In this document: positions 37,690-50,619 of the stretch, in pieces | Layout of the letters: each line of letters opens with the position of its first letter | How positions within the stretch are numbered: the stretch's first letter is position 1 | From: Glaucostegus cemiculus | Taxonomy: Eukaryota | NCBI GenBank assembly: GCA_976551045.1 | Contig: CDPCPM010000037.1 | Location: forward strand, 34,224,001-34,288,000 | DNA: 64,000 nt | Reading direction: 5' to 3' | Position numbers and translations under genes: made by a program | The notes under the pieces: model-generated | What the model was told of the DNA's origin: nothing | Databases searched by the model: none | Seen by the model: the letters and a program-made list of their open reading frames with translations, nothing else

Positions 37690-38018
37690 AGCCAATTTCT
37701 TCCCTTCATCACTTGCCTGAACTCCTTCTTACAATGGACAACTTTTCCTTCAACTCAGCTCACTGCCTTTTAGTCAAAGGTGCAGTTGCCTTCGTGGATT
37801 GTTGGATATATGGAACAGTCCATGCTGTAGAGCTGTTCAGGCCCTCTTCCTCAACTGTTTTCCATCTGTTCTCTGCAACTTAAAACATGGTTGTTTTCTT
37901 ACTTTTCCAGTTCTGATGAAGGATCTTTGACCTGAAATGTCAACTCTGTTTCTGCCAAATGCTTCCAGCACTTTCTGTTTTTGTCTTGGATTTCCTGCAT
38001 CTGCAGTTTTTTGTTCCA
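37690..38018 (+). mobile_element. Penelope RT remnant joined to a terminal repeat carrying the best-preserved hammerhead core
   Basis: ...ttagtcaaaggtgcag...gttggatatatggaacagtcc...ggccctcttcctcaactgttt, then AGTT-CTGATGA(37913-37919)-AGGATCTTTGACCT-GAAA-T-GTC-AACT. Confidence 0.75.
37909..37945 (+). ncRNA. Minimal type-I hammerhead ribozyme motif (probably inactivated by CpG decay)
   Basis: Helix I AGUU/AACU, core CUGAUGA, helix II GGAUC/GACCU (one mismatch), GAAA, cleavage triplet GUC. The helix III palindrome ACGU appears as AUGU. Confidence 0.6.
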
Positions 38019-38544
38019 AACTTCTAAGATATAGTATTTATGTTCCTTCAATTCTAACCTCTTGAATAGTCCCACTTTTAAGCGTTCTACCATTGACCCC
38101 TCTGCATTTCAGCTATCAAGACCTTTAAGCTAATACTCCTATGACGCTCCTTGTTAAATCTGTTGCACAAACACAGATTGTTGTTTATTGTTGTGGAGCT
38201 TGACATACAAGGCACCCCATGTGTTTGATGTATGACCCTTTGTACATTAGGTCTACTATAACTATGACAAACCACATTTTTTTATTTGGAATTAATGTTG
38301 TAGGAGTCTGTCACATCATTGCATAACAATCCAAATTACAAGATCTGAATTAGTCACCACAATTAAAATGAACTATTTTACCCAATTTTAGGCAACTTGT
38401 ATCTCATATGACATAGCTACATGAGTGACTTATGAGAGGAATTTTTTAAAATCTAGATATAATATTCTGTTTAAACCCTTTGTTACCTGAAGAGAAATTA
38501 TGCAATAGAAATACCAGCTTGTTTGTATTCTATTCCCATTGAAT

Positions 38545-40868
38545 TCTCTGGGGGACGGTGATCAGCCATAGATCATTGTACATACTCGTACCAATGGCAT
38601 AGGTAGAAAAAAAGGATGAGGTCCTACAGAATGAATGTAAGTTAAAAAGCAGGACCTCAAGGGTAGTAATATCTGGATTACTACAGGTTCCATGTGCTAA
38701 TGAGGGTAGGAATAGGAGGATAGGGCAGATGAATGCACGGATGAAGATTCAGATGTTACAGATGCTATAGGAAGGATAGAGGTGGAGGTAAGTGAGGAGG
38801 GGGAGTTGTGGTTTTGATTAGAGAGAACATCATGACAGTACCTAGAGAGGATATTCCTGGAGGATTATCCAGTGAAATCATATGGATGGAACTGAGAAAT
38901 AACAAGAGGGTGATCACTTTGATGGGATTGTACTACAGGATGCCCAGTAGTCAGTGGGGAGGAGAGGAGTGTATATGTAGGGAGATCACAGACTGCTTTA
39001 AGAATAATAGGGTTGTAATTGTAGGGGATTTTATTTTTCTAAACATTAGCTTGGAATGCTGGAGTGTTAAGGGCTTGGATGGTGATGAGTTTGTTAAGTG
39101 TGTTCAGGAAAAATTTCTCAATCAACATATAGATGACCCTACTAGAGAAGGGGCAAAACTTGATATCCTCTTGGGAAACAAGGCAGGGCAAATGATTGAA
39201 GTGTTAGTGGTGGAGCACTTTGAGACCAGTGGCCATAATTCTATTAGTTTTAAAATAATTATGGAAAGGGATAGGACTGATCCACAAGTTTAAGTCCTAA
39301 ATTGGGGCAAGGCCAATTTAGATGTTTTTAGACAGGAACTTTCAAAAGTTGATTGGGGGAAACTGTTTTCAGGTAAAGGGATATCTGGCAAGTGAGAGGC
39401 TTTTAAAAGTGAGAGAGCACAAGCTCAGGGCTAGCACATTCCTGTTAGAGGAAAGGGTAAAGGTGACAGGAGTAAGGAACCTTTGATGATAAGAAATATT
39501 GAGGCTCCTGTGTAGAGAAAAAAGAGAGGAGGAATGTGTCAGGTATAGGTAGCTGGGATTATGAATTCCTTAAGGAGTTTAGTGGGTGTAAAAGTATGCT
39601 TAAGAGGGAAATTAACTCAGAACAAAGGGAATGAGACAGCTTTGGCAGATAAAGTAAAGAAGAATCCAAAGACATTGTATAAGTTAAGGGCACAAGAGTA
39701 ACTAGAGAGAGAATATGCCCCTTAATGATCAATGAGGTCATCTATTTGTGGAGCCACAGGAGATGGTGAGGTCCTTAACGAACATTTCTCAATTCTACTT
39801 ACCTTGGAGAAAGACATACATGCAAGGGCACTCAAGGAAGTTAATGGTGATGTCTTGAAGACAGTCAATGTTGCAGAAAAGGACGTGCTGCTGGTCTTAA
39901 AACACATAAGTCTCCAGGGCCTGATCAAGTATCCTAGGTATTGTGGGAAGCTAGAGAAGAAATTTCAGGGCCTCTTGTGGAGATATTTGTATCATCAATA
40001 GCTAATGGGTGAGGAGCCGGAAGACGGAAGGATGACTGACGTTGTGCCTCTATTTACGAAAGGCTGCAAGGAAAAGCCTGGGAACTACAGACCAGTGAGC
40101 CTAAAGTCAGTGCTGGGTAATGTATTGGAGAGGATTCTGAGAGACAGGTTGTACATACATTTGGAAAGGCAAGTACTGATTAGGGATAGTCAGCATGACT
40201 TTGAGTATGAGAAATTGTCTCTCATGATTTGGCTGAATTTTTTGAAGATAGATGAAGGAAGTGCAGTTAGATGTTGTCTAGATGGACTTTAGCAAGGTTT
40301 TTGACAAGGTACTGCATGGTAGGCTAATGTGGAAAGTTAGATCACCTAGGATACAGGGAAACAAAAGTGGTATGATGGTACGAGACGGAGTGTTTTTCAG
40401 ATTGGAGGCCTGCGTTCAGGGATTGGTGCTGAGTCCACTGTTGTTTGCTAGTTATATTTATATAGACTTTTTTCCTGGAGTGTAGGATACTGAGGGGGTG
40501 ACCTTATAGAGGTTTATAAAATCATGAGGAGCATAGATAAGGTAAATAGCCAAAGTCTTTTCCCCAGGGTAGGGAAGTACAAAACTAGAGGACATGGATT
40601 TAAGGTAGAAGCAAAAGATTAAAAAGGAACCTGAGGGACAACTTTTTCCACACAGAGGGTGGTCAGTGTATGGAACAAACTGCCAGAGGAAGTGGTAAAG
40701 GTGAGTACAATTACAACATTTAAAAGGGATTTGGATAGTGACATGAATAGGAAAGGTTTAGAGGGATATGGGCTAAACACAGAAAAGTGGTACTAGCTCA
40801 GTTAGGCAACTTGGTCAGCACAGAAGAGTTGGGCTGAAGGACCTGTTTCCATGCTCTATGACTCGATG
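38545..40868 (+). mobile_element. Degenerate CR1 LINE (ORF1 remnant, APE, RT, 3' end; deletions)
   Basis: EIIWMELRNNKRVITLMGLYYRMP...IVGDFIF...TSGHNSISF; PGNYRPVSLKSV; DFSKVFDKVLHGRL. Confidence 0.9.
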
Positions 40869-41945
40869 AATATTTCTAATGTAAACTGCCATCAAGTTCA
40901 TGTCAAAAAATAATCAAAGCTACAATGAGCATAATAGCTCTGATAGTCTTAATGCTTCTGCATTTAAAATGGTAAATATGTCAAACTAATTGAGGATTTC
41001 TGTGACTTGTTCTGAATTTTTGTAGCTATCCCAACAATAAAATTGATATTGCTGATTCATTGCTGGGCTTTCCTACAGTGAGTTTAGTGTTTGACACCGA
41101 ATTATGAAGGCATGCTTCTTTTAATTGCCTGCAGCCATTAAAGCAATTTTAGAACTTCAGAGCTCAATTAAAAAGGAATGCACTTTTAAGTCTCTTTGTT
41201 TATTTTATCATTTTTTCTCACATTCTGCTGTCACGGGAGTTGCTGAAAATAACACATATTCAAATAATCTGTATCATTAGAAATTAATTGATTTTGTAAT
41301 GATGCATGGGGCTCAAAATTACTTGGTATAAAAGTGCTGCTTTGTATTTTTGTAATTTTTAAAGAATCAAATTGGATTTCATATTTTCTATGAATTACAG
41401 GAAGTTTATACCGCATTGAATCTCTGCTATTAATTACAAGATCCTGCATTGGCGTCTTGCATTATATTAACACCAAACATCTGTTGAAAACGCAAAGTAA
41501 TGTATCACCACAGATGCCACTGTTTTTATTGGACTTAATTAATAAATACAAAGTGCTCTTTAATTGGTTTGGAAACTCTCATCTTGATTTTGAGTTCAAA
41601 AATAAAATCTTCAGCTTATCCATTATTGTTGTTTATTTTAATATATTCTTTAGTATTTGTCCTCCACCTCATACTAGAGAAAGGAATATTATTCTGTGTT
41701 TTGAAGAAATGGTGGATGATTCTTGTAAATGATCAGTTCTGGTAATTGGAGCTCAAGTCTCTTTTCCTCCATTGTAGGTTGCTCAGAGCTCAACTGCATA
41801 CCAGAGAATTTCATTTTACATCCATGGTTCTATGGTTCTATAAGCAAAGGAACTTGGCAACATTAGACTAGCCTATTATAGTAATAAGCAACATATATAT
41901 GTGCAAATGTTTTTTCTAGAAAATAACTTCTATTTACATTTGCAG

Positions 41946-42091
41946 AAGATATATCCCTTCAGGAAACATTCATTAATGAGCTGGAAAAACTTGTAGCTAA
42001 TTTCCAAAGTAATGAAGAGTTAGTCCTGGCTGAAGCTTTCAGTAAATTTGCGGAGTACTCCAGAGAGCTGCTGACGCCAATGAGAAACCTG
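41946..42091 (+). CDS. ASAP1-like: ASAP-family coding exon 3 (EDISLQETFINELEKLVANFQSNEELVLAEAFSKFAEYSRELLTPMRNL)
   Basis: tttgcag| acceptor and CTG|gtaagg donor. 146 nt, phase 1 to 0, with the AF.KF....EL....NL pattern of ASAP exon 3. Confidence 0.92.
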
Positions 42092-43261
42092 GTAAGGCCA
42101 GCAGTAGATGTGCAAAAATAAACTCTGAAGGAGTCATCAAGCCACAATTAAGCAAATACAATTCAATTTAGAGGACTTGTTTTGTGTTGCATTTCTTGAA
42201 TAAGTTTGTTTCAAAAGCTTACTTATATAGCACCATACACATATCTGCTTGGAATGTGTAGAACAAAACACTATTCTCACATGAGATTTACAGAAATGGA
42301 GTTTTCACAGAGCCTGCTAAGTTTTTTTTCTCTATTGTGGACATAATTTGCAATTTACTTAGTGCACAATTTTGCATTTGTTTGCAAAAACCTGGTAATA
42401 ATGTTTTAAGATAATGATGATGATTATGTCCAGTTAATTGGTTCTAGTTGCATAAATTTAAACTGATAATAAAATGAAACATCTTAATAAAATGTTTAGG
42501 ATAGGAAAGATTTGCAGGGATATGGGCCAAATGTGGGCAAATGGGACTAGCTTAGATGGTCAGCATGGACCAGTTGGGCCAAAAGGCCTGTTTCTGTGAT
42601 ATATAACTCTATAAAAATAGAATGAAGTACAAACTTTTAAGAGAAAATTTAAAAACTAAAATGAAATAACAACTATTGCAATATAAAAGAGTATGAAAAC
42701 CACCAACGTATTCAAATTTAATAGGAAGTGACTTTGACCTGAACATGAGCTATGTGCATCAAATCTGACAATTTGACAGTGGCATAGAATGGTCAGAGAG
42801 AGAGCTGTAGCTAGTGATATGGCTGATTTGCTGTGCAAGCTGCTTGTAATTCAGTAGTTCAAACTATGTAGTGACTCTAAAGTACCTACTTCTATTTGAA
42901 TTTATTGTTAATAAGAACTAAAACAAACTTAAGCACTCAACAGTTTAGGTAAATCTAAAGATAAAGCTGAAGTTAAAACTGGAAACTAAATAGCACTGGA
43001 TCAGACTTAAGATCAATTATGCTCAATATGACCCATTATGACCAACCTACTGTTGCCATCTGAAATAGCCTATAAATCTACTTTGCACTGTGACAGCATA
43101 TTGTACCATAAGAAGTATCATAATCCAAATATAAAACTTAATTCACCTTTGGAAAGTAGCAGTTTTTGGAGAATATTTTAAAGCATTAGTCTAGACTATC
43201 AGATTGGTGTCAATTTAACTAATTATGCCTGCAACTATTGAAAAAAAAATTAATATAATGT

Positions 43262-43425
43262 TGGAAGAGACACAAGACTGCAGATGCTGGAATTTGGAGC
43301 AACAAACAATCTGCGAGTGGGTCATCAATGATGTAGGGTTTCAAACTGAAACATTGACAATTTCTTTCCACCCACAAATATTGCATGATCCACTGAGTTC
43401 TTCCCGCACTTTGTTGCTCCATAAT
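43262..43425. mobile_element. Penelope-derived fold-back mini-element
   Basis: Perfect 12-bp inverted repeat TGGAGCAACAAA (43295-43306) / TTTGTTGCTCCA (43410-43421) around a degenerate TGATG..GGGTTTCAAACTGAAACATTGAC core. Confidence 0.65.
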
Positions 43426-44349
43426 AGTGGAAGACTTGGGCTTTGTTCAGTGCACTTAGTCAGCTTTAGCTCACCAGTTTTAGAGAAAAGTAGATTCTTA
43501 AAGGGGAGAAGGAAGACTTTATTATGGTTCTAATTTATGATTTTGATGCTTGTAAGCCATTTTGAATTAATAATTTTGCAAGTATGAATTCAAAGTTTTT
43601 CCAAAAGATTTTCAGTACTTCAATAATTAATATTGATGATTCACCAAGGCATTGTCCACCAACATTGTATATCATATAAAGTTGCCGATCCTATGCAGTT
43701 GATCCTTTTGACTGCCAGTGGCAATTGTTTTTGCTCATTATGGTAGTAAGTCGAAATGATCTGTCACAGTATCAGATTACCACTCCCCTGTGGAAGAACG
43801 GTGCATAATGCCAATTGAAAAAGCATGAATATTCGTGGATAGAATGGATAAGAGTCAGCTGACGTGCAGATCTAAATCTGCAATAGAACCTAAAGTAAAA
43901 CATCACCTTTTATGATTACCGTGTGCTTTTTTGGTTGGAATTTCTTTTATTGGAGACCTAATTTAACTCTATTTGACTGCCTGTATTTTACTACACTCAT
44001 TAGAAAATAAGAAAAGTAATTTGTATAACAAATGAGCTTTAAAGCATTTTTCTAGATTCCCTTTATTTGTTATTTTTAAGGTTTGTATTGATAAACAGAG
44101 TTTGAGTTTATATTGCTTTCTTTAACACCAGTAAAAACTGATGTCTTATACCGATGGCAGAATTTCAGATCCATTTTTTGGTATGTCTGTAGTTCCATCG
44201 TTAGAATTATGGGGTGGCCTTGGCAATTAAACTACAGAAAGATAGTGCAGTCGTGGGAACTTTATATCTTTATGTCTTTGACTTTCCTAGTCAGCCATGA
44301 GGCAACCAGAAATTCAAGAGAGTCAGGCAAAAGTGAGTGTAGTTGCTAT

Positions 44350-45980
44350 AAATAAGAAGAAGGTGCTTGGGAAACTGAAAGATCTAAAGGCAGATAAGTC
44401 ACCTGAAACAGATGGACCTACACCCCAGGGTTCTCAAAGAGGTAGCTGAAGAGATTGTGGGGGCATTAGTAGTAATCTTCCAAGAATCACTAGATTCAGG
44501 AATGGTGCTGGAGGACTGGAAAATCACAAATGTCACTCCACTCTTTAAGAAGGAAGGGAGGCAAAAGATACGAAATTATAGGCCAGTTAGCCTGTCTTCA
44601 GTGTTTAGTAAGTTGCTAGAGTCTATTATTAAGGATGAGGTTTTGGGGTACTTGGAAGCATGATAAAATAGGCCAAATTCAGAATGGTTTTCTTCAGGGG
44701 AAATCTTTCCTCACAAATCTATTGGAATTCTTTGAGGAAGTAACAGGCAGGACAGACAAAGAGTCAATGGATGTTGTTCACTCGGATTTTCAGAAGGCCT
44801 TTGACAAGTTACTGCACATGAGGCTGCTAAACAAGATAGGAGCCCTTGGTATTACAGGAAAGGTACTAGCATGGGTAGAAGATTGACTGACTGGCAGAAG
44901 GCAAAGAGTGAGAATAAAGGCAGCTGGTTGGTTGGTTGCCGGTGACTGGTGGTGTTCTGCAGGGGTTGGTGTTCGGTCTGCTACTTTTCATGTTATATGT
45001 TGATGATCTGGATGACGGAATTGAGGGCCTTGTGGCCAAGTTTGTGAATGATACAAAGATAAGTGGAGGGTCAGGTAGTGTTGAGGAAGTAGGGAGTCTG
45101 CAGAAGGACTTGGACAGGTTGGGGGAGAATGGGCAAAGAATTGGCAGATGGAATACAGCACAGGGAGGTGTACGGTCATGCACTTTGGTAGAAGGATTAA
45201 AGGCATGGGCTATTTTCTAAATGGGGAGTGAATTCAGAAATCAGAGATGCAAAGGGACTTGGGAGTCCCTAGTGCAGGATTCCCTAAAGGTTAACTTGCA
45301 GGTTGAGTCATTAGCAAGGAAGGCAAATACAATGTTAGCATTCATTTCGAGAGGACTAGAATATAAAAGCAAGGATGTGATGCTGAGGCTTTATAAGGTG
45401 TTGGTCAGACCACATTTGGAGTATTGTGAGCAGTTTTAGGCCCCATGTCTAAGGAAGGATGTGCTGGCATTGGAGAGGGTCCAGAGGAGGTTTACAAGAA
45501 TGATCCCAGGAATGAAAGGGTTAACATATGAGGAGCGTTTGATGGCTCTGGGCCTGTACTCACTGGAGTTTAGAAGGATGAGAGGGGATCTTATTGAAAC
45601 CTACTGAATATTGAAAGGCCTGGATAGAGCAGACGTGGAGAGGATGTTTGCAATAGTGGAAGAGTCTAGGACCAGAGGGCACAGCCTCAGAATAGAAGAA
45701 CGTCTCTTTAGAACAGAGATGAGGAGGAACTTCTTCAGCCGGAGGGTGGTGAATCTGTGGAATTCATTGCCACAGAGGGCTGTGGAGGCCAAGCCATTGG
45801 GTATATTTAAAGTGGAGGTTGATAGGTTCTTGATTAGTAAGGGTGTCAAAGGTTACGGGGAGAAGGCAGGAGAATGGGGTTGAGAGGGAAAAATAAATCA
45901 GCCATGATTGAATGGCGGAGCAGACTCAATGGGACGACTGGCCTAATTCTGCTCCAATATCTTAGGGTCTTATGGTCTAT
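44350..45980 (+). mobile_element. CR1 LINE RT to 3' end (different subfamily, moderately young)
   Basis: LHPRVLKEVAEEIV...NYRPVSLSS; DFQKAFDKLLH; KFVNDTKI; [10 protein letters not shown]; SRTRGHSLRI. Frameshifts and stops present. Confidence 0.92.
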
Positions 45981-47049
45981 TTCAGAAAACAGAAAATCTG
46001 CAATATCAACTGTGTTTTGAAATCTATTGAACTGAGCATGCATTTTTATATATGGATAGTGTCAGAGCAGGGAGTGAATGTTATTTAGTAATAAAGATCT
46101 TTTTGAGTAATATATTTAAAAGGAGATCATTTCTTTCAGTACTGTCACAGGGGAAGGTGATCCTTGCAATCACTTGGGAGGGAAGAGGTTAGAGGCGGGC
46201 CTTGTAGGCCCCAAGCGAAAGCTATCAGGTTCCCTTAAATGATAGAAAGCAGGCCTTATTAGCTTTGGGAAATCCTGCTTCTGAACAAATGGCCCACTCC
46301 GTCTAGGAACTACACATACATGGTCCAAAATCGTGGAAATGGTAACACCTGAATGTCACTACACATTCCTGGTCCGTTTCATTCATTAGTGCATTGGTGC
46401 CCAGGGTCCTAGAAGAATAATCACAATCTTTATAAAAAATCAAAGCAAGTGTCTGATTTTCCTTTATGGTCTTCTTTATTATAAGTGTATAGCATAGCAC
46501 ACATGAACATTGTATTACACAATTAAAATTCAAGGCTATTAACTTTCCCCGAATTCTCATATCCTTCTTCATAATGAGTCTTGAATTCATCCATGGTAAA
46601 AAGGTGATATATTTGTTGTAGTTGAATTAAAATATTCCAACATTTAAACCAGCCCCTATAGTTAGAGATTTAATAAAAAGATAATAGAATAAAATATTTA
46701 AAATAGCTTAGTTGAAGGAACAAGATGTTAATGGCAATTTTCTTTTCAGTTTGTGAGGGCAGGGGAACATAATTAAAGTGAGAATACACAGCTGGTGGAC
46801 AAATTTGGGACGTGGGAGGAATGGAGAAGAGAGCAATGTTTCTGACTTAATACTTTGGTTGTGGAGGTTTAAAACTATGATATCACCTTTTCCATTGTAA
46901 GGAGATGTCACACCTTAAAACTGTCTCCTATATTGCTTTCACTCTGCAAAAAAAGGTTTAAAGCTGTACACTCCATAACACACAAGCAATGTTTGCACTA
47001 TTATTGGTTAACCGAAAATATTTATGGTTCTGAACCAAGGTAGGGATGT

Positions 47050-47575
47050 TAGATATCTGTGCATAATATTGTGATATCATAGTGATTAAATGATACAAGT
47101 TTGAATTCCACCATGGATGCTGGAGATATTTAATTCAAGTAATTAAGTATATCTGGTATTTAAAAAAGGATGGTCTCAAAAGCAATAACATTCAAAATTG
47201 CTGGATTATCATTAAAACAAATCTGGTTCTCTCTAATGCCCAACAGGAAAGTAAATCTGGATCAGCAAACAATCTGCTGGAGGAACCCAGCGGGTCTACC
47301 AACATCCGTGGGAGGAAAGGAATTGCCGATGTTTTGGGTTGAAACTCTACCATGGATGTTGGTAGACCCACTGGGTTCCTCCAACAGGTCGCGTGTTGCT
47401 CCAGGTTCCAGTTTCTGCAGTCTCTTGTGTCTCCAGCAAAGGAAATGTACTGTCCATGCTCAATGTGGCCCTTTTGATTTCTGACAACCAATGAGGGTAA
47501 CTGTCATAAACCTCCTCAGTTTGTGCACGATTAGGGATGGACAGTAAATGACATCCATATCCCATGAATGAAAGT
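47050..47575 (+). mobile_element. Old SINE interrupted by a Penelope-derived hairpin element (~47251-47439)
   Basis: SINE blocks tttgaattccaccatgg...atctggttc.ctaatg continue at ggaaatgtactgtcc...ttagggatggacagtaaatg. AGGAAA flanks the insert on both sides. Confidence 0.65.
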
Positions 47576-48742
47576 ATATCATTTATCTTGTACATTCATT
47601 GATGTGTAACTGTTAATTAACACATTACTGGCCATGGTAAAATATCTCTAGTCTGATCCTGTTTCTCAAGTGTGATTCTGTTGAGGTTGATTTCTACAAT
47701 TGTTAATGTGTCTGTGACCTAAATATATAACAAAGACATATTTTACAAATACTGTTTCAAGTGAAATGGTACTTTGAAAACTTCATATATTACAAAATGT
47801 GTCTATTTAGTTGATGAACAGGATTTTGCAATTCTACCAGTTACTCTGTTCACAACTCCAATTCATTGATTTCTAAATTGATTAGAACTCTCTTTTTTTA
47901 ATATTTTTAACTTGTTCCAGAACTTGGCAAGGCCTGCTTTTGATTCTAATTTCCTAAAGACGAGCCAGAAACTATGTAAGAAAATAACTAATTCTTTGAG
48001 TAACTCCCCCTTGGAAGTCATTTAAAATGTTTGTCATCATTGAAATCTGTACCATGACTCACTTAAGGAGAATATGAAAAAACTACTCTATGTCAAAAAT
48101 AGAAACTTAAGATTAGGAATCAGTGTCCCATCTTGCTTCAACATTCAATTACAGCATGACTAATCTGTAGCATTATTACATGACTATGCGCCATGTCCTT
48201 TGGTAACTTATTGAAAAAAATCTGGAATCTTCATTGATTTAAATGAAGCACAGATTTTATTTCAAATAACATGTCAGCGATCACTTTTAGTGATTAATCT
48301 TTTCTGAAACTGCTATCTTCTATTGTTTAAAAGGCACCTGTTATTTTTTACAATTCAAAGAAATAAAAAGTAGTAAATCTTTGTGAGGTTTAGCAGTGAG
48401 GGCTGGCAGATAATTGACTGCAAAAGTCATTACCATGCCCAGTCTTGTCCTAACCTGCCATCCACATGAGCACACTTGCAGCACTGGCTGCTGAACATCT
48501 TTGAGGAGCAGTTTTCCTCACTAATTCTCCCATTTAGGTGACATACGCTACTCAGATTATTGATAGTTGAAGATTAAAGCCGGGTCCTGTTTTCACCTAA
48601 ACTCATTGGTCTTTTAGACAAGAAAATGATTTGCCATTACATTCACATAACTTAATTTTACATGTGCCATCCATGTTTTCCCTTTCATACCACATTATCA
48701 TTTAGTTCTTCCACAATTCTGACTGTAATTTTTCTCCTTCAG

Positions 48743-48814
48743 TTGCAGAGTGTGAACCATATTGTATTTTTCCTGAACTCTCTGCTGAGAGGAGAACTGA
48801 AAGGAGTCAAAGGG
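48743..48814 (+). CDS. ASAP1-like: ASAP-family coding exon 4 (LQSVNHIVFFLNSLLRGELKGVKG)
   Basis: tttttctccttcag| acceptor and GGG|gtaagg donor. 72 nt. Matches the ASAP motif LDSLLKGDLKGVKG. Confidence 0.93.
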
Positions 48815-49819
48815 GTAAGGAAGTATTGACTATGATTTTACAAAAATTGTTTGGCATTGTTATTAGAATAATTAATGATGAATAAATCCTTTGATTTTTA
48901 TGCTTCTTTGGAAGATCAGATGAAGCTTATTATTTATGTAGATACCATCTAATTTAAAACAAAGAACAATTGCAGATCCGAGCCATATAAACCATTGTGT
49001 CCTGAGCTTGATTCCCAGCTTACTCTGAGGTAACTAAGTTAAGTGAGGTACTCCTGAAGAGCATCTAGAGAAAAGTGCCATTAAAAATATTCCTAATTAA
49101 TTTTTGCTGGTTACTGCAAAATGACACCTGTGCAAAATGTACCAGGAAATATTATCTCTTGAAATCAATATGGGCTTTTAGCATTGGTAAAGATAAGATG
49201 GAGCTACAGTTGAGATATTTTAGCATTGATTGTAACTAACTTTGGTGATGAATACAATGTAGAATTTTGAAATTCAGCTCAAGAATGAACAAAAAGCTAG
49301 GTTTGTGAAAAGTTTGATTCATTATTTGACAGGTAATATTGATCATGAATTTGAAGCATTTGGCAAGACAGCCTTTGTTACTGTCCGTAAACATGGGAAC
49401 TTACTACATATCCATGAATAATGCTTAAAATAATAATGTTCATATTCCTAAGCACAAAGAATCATAATTTGAATAGATATCCACTGGTCATACGTGTTAA
49501 ACCATGGTTCAATGGTAATATCCACACCTTAGAAGAATGTGAGTTTAGCCCTATTCCAGAAGCTTGAACAGAAGTTACCTAGACTGAAACCCTGGTTCAG
49601 TACTATGTTGTCAGATATGTCTGCTTCGCAATAGCTGGTATATTTAGCCCATGTGTGCTCTTTCATGTGTACATAAAAGACTCCGTGGCTCATGTTAAAG
49701 GTGAAGGAAGCCATCATCAGTGTCTTGGCAAATACTTAAACTTAAAGTCACAATGTTTAAAAACAGATTATCAGGTCATTATTGTGTCTGTGGTGCTGTA
49801 AAAGAAGATGCCTTTTATG

Positions 49820-50000
49820 GCATCACAGAGGCACAGCATTGAAAGAGGCCCTTTGGCCCACCAAGTCCATGCCGACCATCAGCCACCCATTTACACTATT
49901 CCTACATTAATCCCTTTGTTTCATTCTCCCTACATTCTCATCAACTCCCCCCAGATCCTGTCATTCACCTGCACACCAGGGACAATTACAGTGGCCAATT
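49820..50000 (-). mobile_element. HE1-like SINE 3' fragment
   Basis: aggccctttggcccaccaagtccatgccgaccatc...acagtggccaatt, as in 6590-6900 and 13035-13350. Confidence 0.7.
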
Positions 50001-50619
50001 ACAGTTTGCCATCCAGGCTGACAATGGCTTCAATTCCAAGCAATCCTCTGTATCAGTCTCTTGTTAACCAGATATATGAACCACATGAGGGTCAGTCTGT
50101 GGAAGTGAATCAAACAGTGGTGGAAGACTTTGGAGTACCTAGCTGTGTCAAACACTATGAGGATGTTGAAGAAAAATGGCTCACCATTAGTATAATCATG
50201 AAAGATCTTGATGGTTACATTGATTGGAGCATCCTTAAAGAGTTTGACAGGTTGGAAGGTTTAAAAAACCTGGACTGGATGGTTTAAAAAAAAAGCTTTC
50301 AGGGGAGTGGAATGGCAACGTAATGCACCAAGGAGGGCAGATAAGGACAGTAAATGCTGAGTATTTGGCATAAGAACTACTCTGAATGGAAGCTAGATGA
50401 TACTGAAAAAGATGTTATAAAGATGAGATAAAGATTTTGTTGTTAAATAGAAACAATTATTGCAAATCTGTTTCGTGGAGATCTGCAAAGATTAAGATTA
50501 GTAAAGAAAGAGCAAGTCAAGTGTAATTTCTTACTTTTTATTGAGCCTAATTTATTCACAGATTTTGGAGTGCATGAAATATTCTTATATAACCCCAGAG
50601 AAGACAGGACATACAGCTA

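Noticed and set aside
41757-41800. Strong acceptor-like tctcttttcctccattgtag as an extra exon
   Set aside because: No ASAP homology or convincing donor. Exons 2 and 3 already join in frame with the expected sizes.
49808-50287. 159-aa ORF
   Set aside because: A chimera of an antisense SINE fragment and unassigned decayed sequence, with no recognisable domain or splice structure.
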